Source: an uncultured Thermotogae bacterium (GTDB lineage: Bacteria; Bipolaricaulota; Bipolaricaulia; M55B111). From it: DNA of 64,000 nucleotides. Every line of letters starts with the position of its first letter. Position 1 is the stretch's first letter. The position numbers were made by a program, and so were the translations under genes. Under the pieces are notes generated by a model. That model did not search any database. It was not told where the DNA came from and worked only from the letters and a program-made list of their open reading frames with translations. Positions 26,776 through 36,043 of this stretch are shown here, piece by piece. The DNA is taken from the NCBI GenBank assembly GCA_964614065.1, contig CAZTJJ010000002.1:6878-70877 (forward strand), given 5' to 3'.

Positions 26776-27423
26776 TTAGTTTCTTAGCTCTTTGACCAAG
26801 TTTTTGATTAAAGTCGTGGCGGAAGCTGCATCGGGTGCGTACCCATCTGCCCCAATCTCCTCACAGTAATCCTGTGATACGGGAGCACCACCTATTGCTA
26901 CTTTAACGTCATCCCTCAAGCCTTCCTCTTTGAGTGCCTCAATCACTTCCGGCATATGCGTCATGGTGGTGGTCAAGAGAGCAGACATACCTACGACGTC
27001 AGGCTCTAACTCTTTAGCCTTCTCAACAAATTCTTCAACCGGGGTTTCCGCACCTAGGTTCTCTACTTCAAAGCCAGCACCTTCTATCATCATGCCAACC
27101 AGGTTCTGTCCTATGTCGTGTAAGTCCCCCTCCACTGTACCAAGTATGACTTTGCCCGCAGGCTCTACACCTGATTCCGTCAGTAACGGCCTCAACAGCT
27201 TCATTGCCCCCTTCATGGCCTCCGCGGATAGCAACATTTCGGGAACGTACCTATCTCCATTTTCGTATTCTTCCCCAACTCTATCCATAGCGGGAACGAG
27301 GGAATCGTTCAAAAGTACCTCGGGATCCATTCCTTCATCTAATGCCTGTTCGGTTAACTCCACCGTTGTATCTTCATCCATATCAAATACTGCTTTACCT
27401 AAATCTTCCAGTAAGTCACTCAT
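26776..27423 (-). CDS. Methyltransferase cognate corrinoid protein (MtgC/MttC-like)
   Basis: B12 cap domain plus DxHxxG (GDLHDIG), SxL (MSALLTTTM) and GGAP motifs. Confidence 0.95.
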   Translation of the reverse strand: MSDLLEDLGKAVFDMDEDTTVELTEQALDEGMDPEVLLNDSLVPAMDRVGEEYENGDRYVPEMLLSAEAMKGAMKLLRPLLTESGVEPAGKVILGTVEGDLHDIGQNLVGMMIEGAGFEVENLGAETPVEEFVEKAKELEPDVVGMSALLTTTMTHMPEVIEALKEEGLRDDVKVAIGGAPVSQDYCEEIGADGYAPDAASATTLIKNLVKELRN

Positions 27424-27468
27424 ATTATTAGAAACCTCCTGTTTCTTGCGTAATCAATTGTTAAATTG

Positions 27469-27496
27469 ATTATATACTGTCATCATAGTCATACAA
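27469..27496 (-). promoter_or_regulatory. Putative promoter for corrinoid protein-gcvPA-gcvPB
   Basis: Minus strand TTGTAT, 16 bp, TATAAT upstream of SD AGGAGG. Confidence 0.55.
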
Positions 27497-27600
27497 GTGA
27501 AAAGGTGGGAGGATTTATCCCACACAACTACGTTCCCTTGTGGATTATCAAGAGGGCGCTGAACATTAAACAGTGAAGCCTAAATGTTGATAACTCCATA

Positions 27601-27630
27601 AAAAAAGTGGGGATAGCCTGTATCCCCACT
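27601..27630 (-). terminator. Intrinsic terminator after the second ProX gene
   Basis: 10-bp stem AGTGGGGATA / TATCCCCACT plus a T-run on the minus strand. Confidence 0.8.
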
Positions 27631-27657
27631 TGATTGATATCATTTCTTAAGCGATAT

Positions 27658-28569
27658 TTACTCTATCGCTGAAGGACCTCTAACCCAATAATCTACTAAA
27701 TGCGGATGGTTTTCTGCAAATTGCTGCCCTGCTGCGTAAGCATCACCCAATTCATTGTAATATCTCGTTAATTCCACCTCCATCGAAAAAGGCAGGTGCA
27801 ACCGTGACAAGAATTCACTGACCTCATTCGGAAAGACACTCATAAAATCTTCTCGCCCAATTATGTTAATATGTTCCTCCCCGCCAAGAACATTTTTCGG
27901 TTCTTCCAAAGAATGTAAATCATAAAGCGCGTAAGCATCATGGGGTGCCCACAAGGTTACCACTATCCAGGATTTTTCTTGAACCGCTTTCTGTAACGCC
28001 TCGGTCATACTTTTATCAGTTCCTTCAGCCAGTTCATATCCCTCAAGCTCAGGGTATTCCTTTTCTATCATCAACTTCGAATGTTGCATGATGCCGGAAT
28101 TGGGGTCGATCCCTGTTATCTTTCCACTCAATTTCTTTTTTACTTCCGAGCTCCCTAAATCCGTCACCGAACGAACCCCTGCTTCGTAAACGTAATCCGG
28201 CACAGCCCATGTTAGTCCAGCATCCTCGTAAACTGGGCCAAAATTCAAAACATACCGTGATACTCTATTCCAGTAGTTCTCGTGGGTCCTAGGGAGCCAT
28301 GCTTCAATCATCAAGTCCAATCTCTTATTTTTAATGTCATTATAAGCCCTGCCCACATCAGGATTCGACAACTTGACCTGCATACCAATTTCCGTTTCCA
28401 ATAGATATTCAATCAACCCACCTAGGGCTATGGATTCCGACCACGGGACCACACCAAACCTAATCGTATCCTCATTTTCTTCTGCCACTGGTGACATGCC
28501 AACAAGAAACATCATTAAAATCACCGTCAACACGGCAAGCCGGACAAAGTATCTTTCTTTGTTAAACAA
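27658..28569 (-). CDS. Glycine betaine/quaternary amine ABC substrate-binding protein (ProX/OpuAC family), copy 2
   Basis: Signal peptide; FGVVPWSES, AWLPRTHENYW, ITGIDPNSGIM, VTLWAPH; close paralog of 28859-29758. Confidence 0.9.
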   Translation of the reverse strand: MFNKERYFVRLAVLTVILMMFLVGMSPVAEENEDTIRFGVVPWSESIALGGLIEYLLETEIGMQVKLSNPDVGRAYNDIKNKRLDLMIEAWLPRTHENYWNRVSRYVLNFGPVYEDAGLTWAVPDYVYEAGVRSVTDLGSSEVKKKLSGKITGIDPNSGIMQHSKLMIEKEYPELEGYELAEGTDKSMTEALQKAVQEKSWIVVTLWAPHDAYALYDLHSLEEPKNVLGGEEHINIIGREDFMSVFPNEVSEFLSRLHLPFSMEVELTRYYNELGDAYAAGQQFAENHPHLVDYWVRGPSAIE

Positions 28570-28858
28570 GGTAACCTCCTTTCATTATTTGTAGCAAGAT
28601 CTATAGCATAACTAATCTGGTGACTAATCCTTTTGAGAAGCCTCAGTTTATCACATTTTTCGATTTCGCTACATTGAAAAAAACAGTTATGCTCTAAGCC
28701 TACTTGGAAAGACAGTAATTTTATTCACTAACTAATCAAATACGTAAGAATCAAAAAAGCGGGAGATCCTTATCCGCAGACCTCCCGCTTAATTAGCTGT
28801 TCATTTATACTGCAATACACCTATCGAAAAAGGAACACGAATTCTACTATCAATTCTC

Positions 28859-29758
28859 TTATAGAGCTTCTATTCCGTTTATCCAGTAGTCGACAAGCTC
28901 TGGATATTTGTTTGCAAACTTTCCACCAGCAGCGTCCCCGTATTCATCGTGCATATCCGTAAGTTCATTAACTTTACCAATTGGGAGGTAGAAGCGGCTC
29001 AAGAACTCACTGACCTTATTTGGGAAGACACTCATAAAGTCCTTCCTGCCGACCATGTGTATACGCTCTTCCGCGCCAAGTATTTTCTTTGGTTCGTCGA
29101 TAGTGCGAATGTCAAATCGGGCAAATGCATAGTGTGGTTTCCACAGCGTTACTACGGTCCATTCGTCTCTCTGCATTCTTCTCTTTAACTCGGCTACCAT
29201 CGCGTAGTCACTGGAATCTTTAAGCTCCCAACCTTCAAGAACAGGGTATTCTTTCATCATGACCTCGGAATGTTGCATCAAACCTGCGCCAGGATCAATT
29301 CCAACTATTTCTCCGCCCATCTTCTCCTTGACCTCTGGTTTACCTAGGTCTTCAACTGAGCTGACTACGTCTTCGGGCACGTAATTCGGGACTGCCCAGC
29401 AGAGTAGCGCGTCTTCGTAGATAGGGCCAAAGTCACATAGATCAGCTGCAGATTTTTCCCAGTAGGCTTCGTGGGTCAATGGAAGCCAGGATTCTACAAA
29501 CAGATCCATGTCACCCTGTTTAATCGCAGTATAAGCTGCACCTATGTTAGGGTTCATCGTATCAACATTCATGCCAAGCTCGACCGTAAGAACATGGTTT
29601 ACTAAACTACCAATTGCAAGTGACTCGGACCACGGAACTATACCAAAGGTTAGGGAGTTTTTCTTTTCAGCCGTAGCAACTAGCGAAAAGCTGCTCAAAC
29701 CAATGATTAGTGCTAGTGCGATAACAGAAACTGTAAATAGTTTACTCTTGTTAAACAC
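28859..29758 (-). CDS. Glycine betaine/quaternary amine ABC substrate-binding protein (ProX/OpuAC family), copy 1
   Basis: FGIVPWSES, SWLPLTHEAYW, IVGIDPGAGLM, VTLWKPHY. Confidence 0.9.
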   Translation of the reverse strand: MFNKSKLFTVSVIALALIIGLSSFSLVATAEKKNSLTFGIVPWSESLAIGSLVNHVLTVELGMNVDTMNPNIGAAYTAIKQGDMDLFVESWLPLTHEAYWEKSAADLCDFGPIYEDALLCWAVPNYVPEDVVSSVEDLGKPEVKEKMGGEIVGIDPGAGLMQHSEVMMKEYPVLEGWELKDSSDYAMVAELKRRMQRDEWTVVTLWKPHYAFARFDIRTIDEPKKILGAEERIHMVGRKDFMSVFPNKVSEFLSRFYLPIGKVNELTDMHDEYGDAAGGKFANKYPELVDYWINGIEAL

Positions 29759-29874
29759 TTAAATGCACCTCCTATAGTTGTGCAAAAAAGGTTCTAAAAT
29801 TAAGACTTGCCAAACTTTGCACTCTCCGAGTTAGCTTCATCACCCCCCTGAGCATGAACGCTATTTAGAGTTCT

Positions 29875-30885
29875 TTAAGTTTCTTTTGCGGTTTGACCAA
29901 TGTTTGACGTAGCTCTATCAAGGATCATAGCTACAAACACAACCGCCAAGCCACCGACAAATCCTTCACCAACACGCATGCGTTGAATACCTCGCACGAC
30001 AACTCCACCTAAACCGCCGGATCCAACCAAACCTGCAACAACCGCCATTGATAAGGCAAGCATGATAGTCTGATTCACACCAGCCATTATATTAGGCCGA
30101 GCAACAGGCAGCTGCACTTTAGTTAGTAATTGTAAACTGTTACAGCCAAAAGATTGCCCCGCTTCGATTAACTCCGTTGGAACACCCCTGATGCCCAAAT
30201 TTGTTAGTCGTACCGAAGGTGGGTATGCAAAGATAATTGTGGCCACAGCTCCCGGTGCAGGGCCAATACCAAAAAACAAAACAGCAGGGATCAAATAAAC
30301 AAATACCGGCATGGTCTGCATTAAGTCTAGTACTGGTCGCATGATCGTGTCCACCGTATCGTTAATAGCAGCCAGTATTCCGGAAGGAATACCTAAAACC
30401 AAAGCTAAAAAGGCAGAAGTCAGGGTCAACGAAAAAGTCTCCAGAATTTCCGGCCAATAACCAAAATTTGCGCTCAACCACAGCATGACCAATCCACCTA
30501 AACCGGTCACTATACTGCCCGACAACCACCACATCAAGAGGAAAACCAGACCGCTCAAAAGTGGGAATTGAACTGTGGTACCAACTATATTAATTATAAA
30601 GACGCCCGAATAATGCCAGTAGCCAAAATTGAGGATAGTCAAGATTGCGTCGTTAACTCTATTTACAACATAAGTAATCCCATCGAAAAAAGGCCGCAAG
30701 TTAAGAGCCATCCAGTCAACAGCAGTTGTAACCCAATTTTCAATCGGAATAAACCCACCACCGGTCCCCAACAATTTGTCTTGAAGACTCTCAGCATTCC
30801 CGCTACAGGAGATCATTAGCATAAAACCTATAGCAATCACAAAAACAATCGTTATGAGAGTTAAATAGCTGTATCTCGTCTTCAT
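29875..30885 (-). CDS. proW: Glycine betaine ABC permease (ProW/OpuAB)
   Basis: MRPVLDLMQTMPVFVYLIP, PPSVRLTNLGIR, EAGQSFG, IMAGVNQTIMLALSM. Confidence 0.92.
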   Translation of the reverse strand: MKTRYSYLTLITIVFVIAIGFMLMISCSGNAESLQDKLLGTGGGFIPIENWVTTAVDWMALNLRPFFDGITYVVNRVNDAILTILNFGYWHYSGVFIINIVGTTVQFPLLSGLVFLLMWWLSGSIVTGLGGLVMLWLSANFGYWPEILETFSLTLTSAFLALVLGIPSGILAAINDTVDTIMRPVLDLMQTMPVFVYLIPAVLFFGIGPAPGAVATIIFAYPPSVRLTNLGIRGVPTELIEAGQSFGCNSLQLLTKVQLPVARPNIMAGVNQTIMLALSMAVVAGLVGSGGLGGVVVRGIQRMRVGEGFVGGLAVVFVAMILDRATSNIGQTAKET

Positions 30886-32054
30886 ATTTCCTTCCTCCCT
30901 TTCTCCAACAAACCGTGTAAAATGTTTCTTTCCGTGACGTAACCAGTTAATTTCCCATCCTTAATAATCACTACTGGTGTCGTTGCATAACTCAACCTTG
31001 CACGCATAATTTTGCTAATCGGTGTATCTGGAGAAGTTGACAGTACGGCATCCTCATTCAGTCCCTCAATTTCATCAAGAGGTTTTACTGATATTGGAGT
31101 ATCAGATAGGAATCCTTGGACCACTTGTCCATCGGAATCTATTTCTACTTCCACACTTTCCGTGAGAGCAACCCGGTTGTTCTGATCCGGATTGATGTCA
31201 GTTGAGGCAATTGTCTCCGCCCGCAATACATCAGATGGATCGGCATTCTCTACAAAATCTGCCACGTACTCCGTTTTTGGACTTACAATAATTTGCTCAG
31301 GGGTACCTAGCTGAACCATTTTACCGGCTTCCATGATCGTTATACGATCTCCAAGCTTCAGAGCCTCGTCGAGATCGTGGGTTACAAACAAGATGGTTCT
31401 CTCCATCTCCTGTCTCAGATCTAATAATTCATCCTGCATTTCCACCTTGATTAAAGGATCCAGTGCCGAAAAAGGTTCGTCCATCAGTAAAATATCTGCA
31501 CCAGTGGCAAGACCTCTGGCCAACCCTACTCGCTGTTGCATTCCTCCGGAAAGCTGTGAAGGGTAAGATTCCCCAAAACCCTCCAAACCCACAACCTCGA
31601 TCAACTCTTTTGCCTTTCGACTTCTCTCCTTTTTGTCTATTCCCTGTATCTCCAACCCGAACGCAACGTTATCAACGACAGATCTGTGAGGGAACAAGGC
31701 AAAATTCTGAAAAACCATACTCATCTGTGTTTCTCTTATCTGTCTCAAAGTTTCCGTATCTGCGTCAACAACATTATAATCCTGGCCATCGGTATGCAGA
31801 ACAATTTTGCCTGACGTCGGTTCAACCAATCTGTTAACACACCGTAAAAGAGTGGATTTTCCCGAGCCTGAAAGCCCCATAATAACGAACAGCTCGTTCT
31901 CTTGAATATCAAAACTGATACCTCGAACCCCGACTACCTGGCCAGTTTCAGACTGTATCTCGTCTTTATCCTTGCCTTCCTTCAACATATCAAGGGCAAG
32001 ATCCGGCTCCTCACCAAAGATCTTATAGACTTCCTCTAGTTCAATCGAAGGCAT
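30882..32054 (-). CDS. proV: Glycine betaine ABC ATPase (ProV/OpuAA)
   Basis: YKIFG, GLSGSGKST, LSGGMQQRVGLAR, MDEPFSALDPLI, FVTHDLDEA; CBS-like C-terminus. Confidence 0.93.
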   Translation of the reverse strand: MPSIELEEVYKIFGEEPDLALDMLKEGKDKDEIQSETGQVVGVRGISFDIQENELFVIMGLSGSGKSTLLRCVNRLVEPTSGKIVLHTDGQDYNVVDADTETLRQIRETQMSMVFQNFALFPHRSVVDNVAFGLEIQGIDKKERSRKAKELIEVVGLEGFGESYPSQLSGGMQQRVGLARGLATGADILLMDEPFSALDPLIKVEMQDELLDLRQEMERTILFVTHDLDEALKLGDRITIMEAGKMVQLGTPEQIIVSPKTEYVADFVENADPSDVLRAETIASTDINPDQNNRVALTESVEVEIDSDGQVVQGFLSDTPISVKPLDEIEGLNEDAVLSTSPDTPISKIMRARLSYATTPVVIIKDGKLTGYVTERNILHGLLEKGRKEI

Positions 32055-32109
32055 ATTCCTCCTCCTATGAGCAAATAAATAGCTACCTTCTATTTAATTA
32101 AGAAACTTA

Positions 32110-32135
32110 AGGGGGATCTTTTTTAAGATCCCCCT
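32110..32135 (-). terminator. Terminator-like hairpin after the second MttB gene
   Basis: Perfect 11-bp stem AGGGGGATCTT / AAGATCCCCCT. Confidence 0.7.
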
Positions 32136-32147
32136 GCTTAACCAACG

Positions 32148-33596
32148 TTACAATTTATCTATGACTGCATCTATCTTCTCAATAACATCATCAGATAGAG
32201 GCTTCGGCTCTTGCTCTTCCAATATGGTGTTAACCTTCTCTTCCAACCTTTCTTCCATGGATTTCGACCCTTTGTTCTTCCAGGTATCAGGGACATCTCT
32301 ATCCATCAATGTGGGCTCCCAAGCCACCTCTTTAAAGTTATCCAAAGTATGCTTGTGTGTCAAATGATTCCCGCCTGGACCCACTTCATCTATGACGTCC
32401 AAGGCCAACGTGTAGTCATTTACCTCTACTCCATCGACGAATTTCTTGATCATGCCTACAATTTCGTCGACCATGGCTATCTCGCTGAGAGAGCCTGTGG
32501 TGCCAGATTCCATGTAACCGACATCGTGGACGAGATTGGCCCCACTGAGTGCAGAGAAGAGAACCGACAAGGTGGTCTCAATTCCCATTTGCTGATCAAC
32601 TACCTTGGAATCAGCACAACCAGCTGTACCAAATGTCGGAAGATCGTAGTAATGCGATATATCCATGTATGCAGCTGTAGCAAGTTCCTTCTCCGGAGCA
32701 CCGTAAGCAAGAATCGCCGTCTGCATGTCCATGATAGAAAATACACCCCCGATGAAGAACGGCAAACCCTCACGTTTTACCTGAGAGATTACAAGCCCGG
32801 AAAGGTTTTCCGCGTTTCCTTGAGCAAGCTGACCGGCCAAGGTAACGGGTGCGCTCGCACCTGCTTGAGGAATCGGGGTATGGACAGTCGGTATACCGTA
32901 CTCCGCCGTAAGAAGTAGCTTTTTTGACGCTTCTTTGTCGTGGGTTAGTGGAGAGATAGGCTCGGAATAGGAAACTACAAACGGCTTATGGAGAAATTCC
33001 TCCTTACTTCCCGATACAGCCGTGGCCATCTCCATAATATCCTTCAGGCCTTCATTTGTATAACTCCAAGCTACGATTGGTTTAGTCGTATTCTTTACCA
33101 TTGCCTGAAACTCATGCCGATCAGACAACTCGTGAGGAACATCGTCAATTGTACCTAGACCGGACACCCAGTCTATATTGTCCAACGCGTCCACCAAACG
33201 AGCGGCATTTACTGTATCTTGTTTTCGAAAAGGTCTCCTTTCTCCGGTCTCCGGGTCCCGCATCTTAAGGAGCGTTGGGCCCAGACCAAACGTTACGTTA
33301 TGTCCGCCGAGCGTCAGGGGATTTTTCCCTTCTCTATTGAACAGATAGGTACGGCTCGGGGCAGCATCAATGGCCCACTCAACCAAACCCGGAGGGAGAA
33401 AGACCCTTTCACCTTCAACCAAGCACCCTGCGTCCTTTAACAGATCCCTGGTCTCTTTGAGATGTATATTCACTCCAGTGTTCTTTAAAATTTCTAACGA
33501 GGCTTGATGTATATCTTTCACTTGTGATTCGCTAAGCACGTTAAAACTAACCTTATCCTGGGAAGACCTATTGGTAAAAAGTTGATTTTTTAACAT
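32148..33596 (-). CDS. Trimethylamine methyltransferase superfamily protein, non-pyrrolysine (MtgB-like), copy 2
   Basis: IHQASLEILKNTG, PISPL, GASAPVTLAG, GAPE, DSKVVDQQ, GANLVHDVGYMESG; no in-frame TAG. Confidence 0.92.
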   Translation of the reverse strand: MLKNQLFTNRSSQDKVSFNVLSESQVKDIHQASLEILKNTGVNIHLKETRDLLKDAGCLVEGERVFLPPGLVEWAIDAAPSRTYLFNREGKNPLTLGGHNVTFGLGPTLLKMRDPETGERRPFRKQDTVNAARLVDALDNIDWVSGLGTIDDVPHELSDRHEFQAMVKNTTKPIVAWSYTNEGLKDIMEMATAVSGSKEEFLHKPFVVSYSEPISPLTHDKEASKKLLLTAEYGIPTVHTPIPQAGASAPVTLAGQLAQGNAENLSGLVISQVKREGLPFFIGGVFSIMDMQTAILAYGAPEKELATAAYMDISHYYDLPTFGTAGCADSKVVDQQMGIETTLSVLFSALSGANLVHDVGYMESGTTGSLSEIAMVDEIVGMIKKFVDGVEVNDYTLALDVIDEVGPGGNHLTHKHTLDNFKEVAWEPTLMDRDVPDTWKNKGSKSMEERLEEKVNTILEEQEPKPLSDDVIEKIDAVIDKL

Positions 33597-33605
33597 TTTT
33601 CCTCC

Positions 33606-35063
33606 TTAATAACGAACCTCTCGGTTTTCTCTTTCTTCTTCAATTAACGCATCGAGCTCCTTCGTCTTCGCTTCTTCCAGAACTTCAGGCTCGTGTGTTT
33701 CCAAGATTTCTTCTGTACTCTCGTGAATTCGCTCACCCATCGTTTTACTCCCATTGCTCTCCCATTTCTCAAAGTTGGTCCGATCCATCAAGCTGGGTTG
33801 CCATTGTTCTTTTTTAAAATTATCCATAGTATGAGATGTACTGAGAAAGTTGCCTTTGGGTCCCACTTCGTTGATAACATCGAGCGGAATTCTGTCCCCT
33901 GAAGTATCTATTCCTCTCATAATTCTTTTCACCATTCCGATTATCTCGTTGCTCATTACTAGTTGATCATAGGAGTAAAGGAGTCCAGAAGACAGGTAAC
34001 CCACGTCGTGGATCAAGTTCGCACCAACGAGAGCCTGGGTTGCGATGTTGAAGGTGGCTTCAATCGCCGCTTGAGTATCGACCAACTTCGAATCCGATAC
34101 ACCTGCGGTTCCAAACATCGGTAATTCCAGATAATTGCTCATTTCTGTGACAGCTGCGTTCATCAGGGCAAACTCCGGTCCACCGTAGACATAACCTGAG
34201 GTTTTCATATCCAAGATCGAGTAGATTCCACCAGTAACCATAGGCGCACCTTTTTTCACCAGCTGTGATAAAGTTATTCCTGTCAAAGATTCAGCTAGGC
34301 CCAAAGCAATGGATCCCGCCAAAGTCATTGGACTCACAGCACCAGCCGATGGCATCGGAGTATAGATAGTGGGTAAGTTATTTTTCGCCCCGAAAATAAC
34401 CTGAGCGGCGACTTCCTTGCTATGACTCAGGGGAGTAACGGGTTCGATATAGTGAATAATGTACGGTTTTGCCTTCAACTTGTCCTCCCCACCAACCGCA
34501 ATTGCCGCCATGTCAAATATGTCCTTTGTACCTCTGTCATCCCAAGAGCAGAACATAACAGGTTTAGTGGTATTAGCCATTACCTGGCGTGCCTCCAATA
34601 TATCTTGGATATTCTCCGGCTGCTTCCGTAGAAGGCCAGTTGGAGAAGAAAAATCAATGTTGTCAAGGTAGTCACATATCCTAGCCCATTTGGCGATATC
34701 TTCCGCCGTAGTTTGCCTCATCTCGCCATTTTCATCCAAAGTCCTTGGTACGTCCGTCCCAGATCCGAAATAAGAATTTGTTCCCCCTAACCGCATCGCC
34801 ATTTCTCCGTTTCTATCGTACATGAGGATCTTCTTGGGGGCTTCCTTGACGGCCTCGTCAACCAGATGCGAAGGTATATGGACCATCTCACCTTCCACTG
34901 TTGCTCCTGCATCGGAGAAAATCTTCCTTGCTTCTTCGTGCTCGATCTTTACCCCCGTGTTCTGAAGTATTTCCAGGGACGCATCGTAAATTTGAGCTCT
35001 GTCATCCTCGGATAATATATTCAGCTGAGGGGTCTTGTTGACTAACTTATTCGACTCTAACAT
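33606..35063 (-). CDS. Trimethylamine methyltransferase superfamily protein, non-pyrrolysine (MtgB-like), copy 1
   Basis: IYDASLEILQNTG, PVTPL, GAVSPMTLAG, GGPE, DSKLVDTQA, GANLIHDVGYLSSG; start at the ATG after GGAGG. Confidence 0.92.
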   Translation of the reverse strand: MLESNKLVNKTPQLNILSEDDRAQIYDASLEILQNTGVKIEHEEARKIFSDAGATVEGEMVHIPSHLVDEAVKEAPKKILMYDRNGEMAMRLGGTNSYFGSGTDVPRTLDENGEMRQTTAEDIAKWARICDYLDNIDFSSPTGLLRKQPENIQDILEARQVMANTTKPVMFCSWDDRGTKDIFDMAAIAVGGEDKLKAKPYIIHYIEPVTPLSHSKEVAAQVIFGAKNNLPTIYTPMPSAGAVSPMTLAGSIALGLAESLTGITLSQLVKKGAPMVTGGIYSILDMKTSGYVYGGPEFALMNAAVTEMSNYLELPMFGTAGVSDSKLVDTQAAIEATFNIATQALVGANLIHDVGYLSSGLLYSYDQLVMSNEIIGMVKRIMRGIDTSGDRIPLDVINEVGPKGNFLSTSHTMDNFKKEQWQPSLMDRTNFEKWESNGSKTMGERIHESTEEILETHEPEVLEEAKTKELDALIEEERENREVRY

Positions 35064-35084
35064 ATGAACCTCCATAGTATTATT

Positions 35085-35099
35085 TCTGTTTTAAACAGA
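35085..35099. promoter_or_regulatory. Palindromic candidate operator upstream of MttB copy 1
   Basis: TCTGTTT-T-AAACAGA perfect 7-bp inverted repeat just upstream of the SD; adjacent GntR gene. Confidence 0.35.
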
Positions 35100-35261
35100 G
35101 TGATATATCGTTAATATACTACCCTGCTCCAAATACAATTTCAAATTAGGAAAATAAATCCCAAATCAAACTCCATTATGTTGTTTTCGAGGTGAATCAC
35201 GATAATTAGTTAGGTGCTGGCTCTTGGTCCAAATCGGCAAAGTGGGTGGATACTTTCCAGA

Positions 35262-35897
35262 TTAAGTCTCCATGTGCCCCGCGGTAATAAACTGTTCCTT
35301 TATTTCCCTGACGAAATCATTCATGTGTGAAGCCAGTATATTTCCACTTTTGACCTCGTCGCCATCCGCAAGAGCTTCAATCAATCCACTAAACTCTTCA
35401 CCAAACGAGCTCATGAAGTCTTTACGCCTTGGGAAAACCCAAATTCTAACAGTCTGCTGGCGGAGCTTCCTCAAACTCTCTGCCAACACTTTATTATGTG
35501 TGGCGTTATTGATAATCTCGTGCCCCTCTGAATCCAACTTCATGAGTTTTTTAGAATCAGTTTCTTTCTTCAATTTTTTTACCAGTTTTTTCAGCTCTTC
35601 CAATTGCTTTTGTTGTATGCGGCGCGCAGCCAACCTACCGGCTAATTTTATCAAATAGCTTCGTACTTCGAACAGATCTCTAAGCTCGTGGAAACTCACA
35701 GTTGAGACGTAAGTTCCACTATGGGGAACGGTAGTGATCAAACCCTCTGTCTCTAGTTTGATAAATATCTCTCGAAGGGGGGTCCTCCCGATATCATACT
35801 CCTCTCGAAGCTCCTTCTCCCTTAACTGCTTGCCGGGCTCATAATCGAGATAGACGATTTTCTCCCTAATAATTTTTAGAACTTCATCTCTTTCCAT
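35262..35897 (-). CDS. GntR family transcriptional regulator (FCD domain)
   Basis: wHTH with GRTPLREIFIKLETEGLI..PHSG; C-terminal FCD with His residues. Confidence 0.92.
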   Translation of the reverse strand: MERDEVLKIIREKIVYLDYEPGKQLREKELREEYDIGRTPLREIFIKLETEGLITTVPHSGTYVSTVSFHELRDLFEVRSYLIKLAGRLAARRIQQKQLEELKKLVKKLKKETDSKKLMKLDSEGHEIINNATHNKVLAESLRKLRQQTVRIWVFPRRKDFMSSFGEEFSGLIEALADGDEVKSGNILASHMNDFVREIKEQFITAGHMET

Positions 35898-36043
35898 TAG
35901 TAAACACTTATCCCTTACTTCATTGAATTCTTCGTTTAACCTGGTTAAAAAGAAGTTTTAAGAGTCCAGGCAATTAAATGTTAATCTTCACACAGTTACC
36001 TTAAACACGCAATAGTAACTAACGAAGAAGGTATTCACAAATT

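Noticed and set aside
27545-27593. TTATCAAGAG...GATAA resembling a SAM-I riboswitch P1
   Set aside because: It is on the strand opposite the downstream genes, far too short, and lacks the GCAACC and kink-turn core; kept only as a generic structure finding.
32148-35063. Pyrrolysine read-through in the MttB genes
   Set aside because: Both frames are open without an in-frame TAG, and no pyl genes or tRNA-Pyl are in the window.
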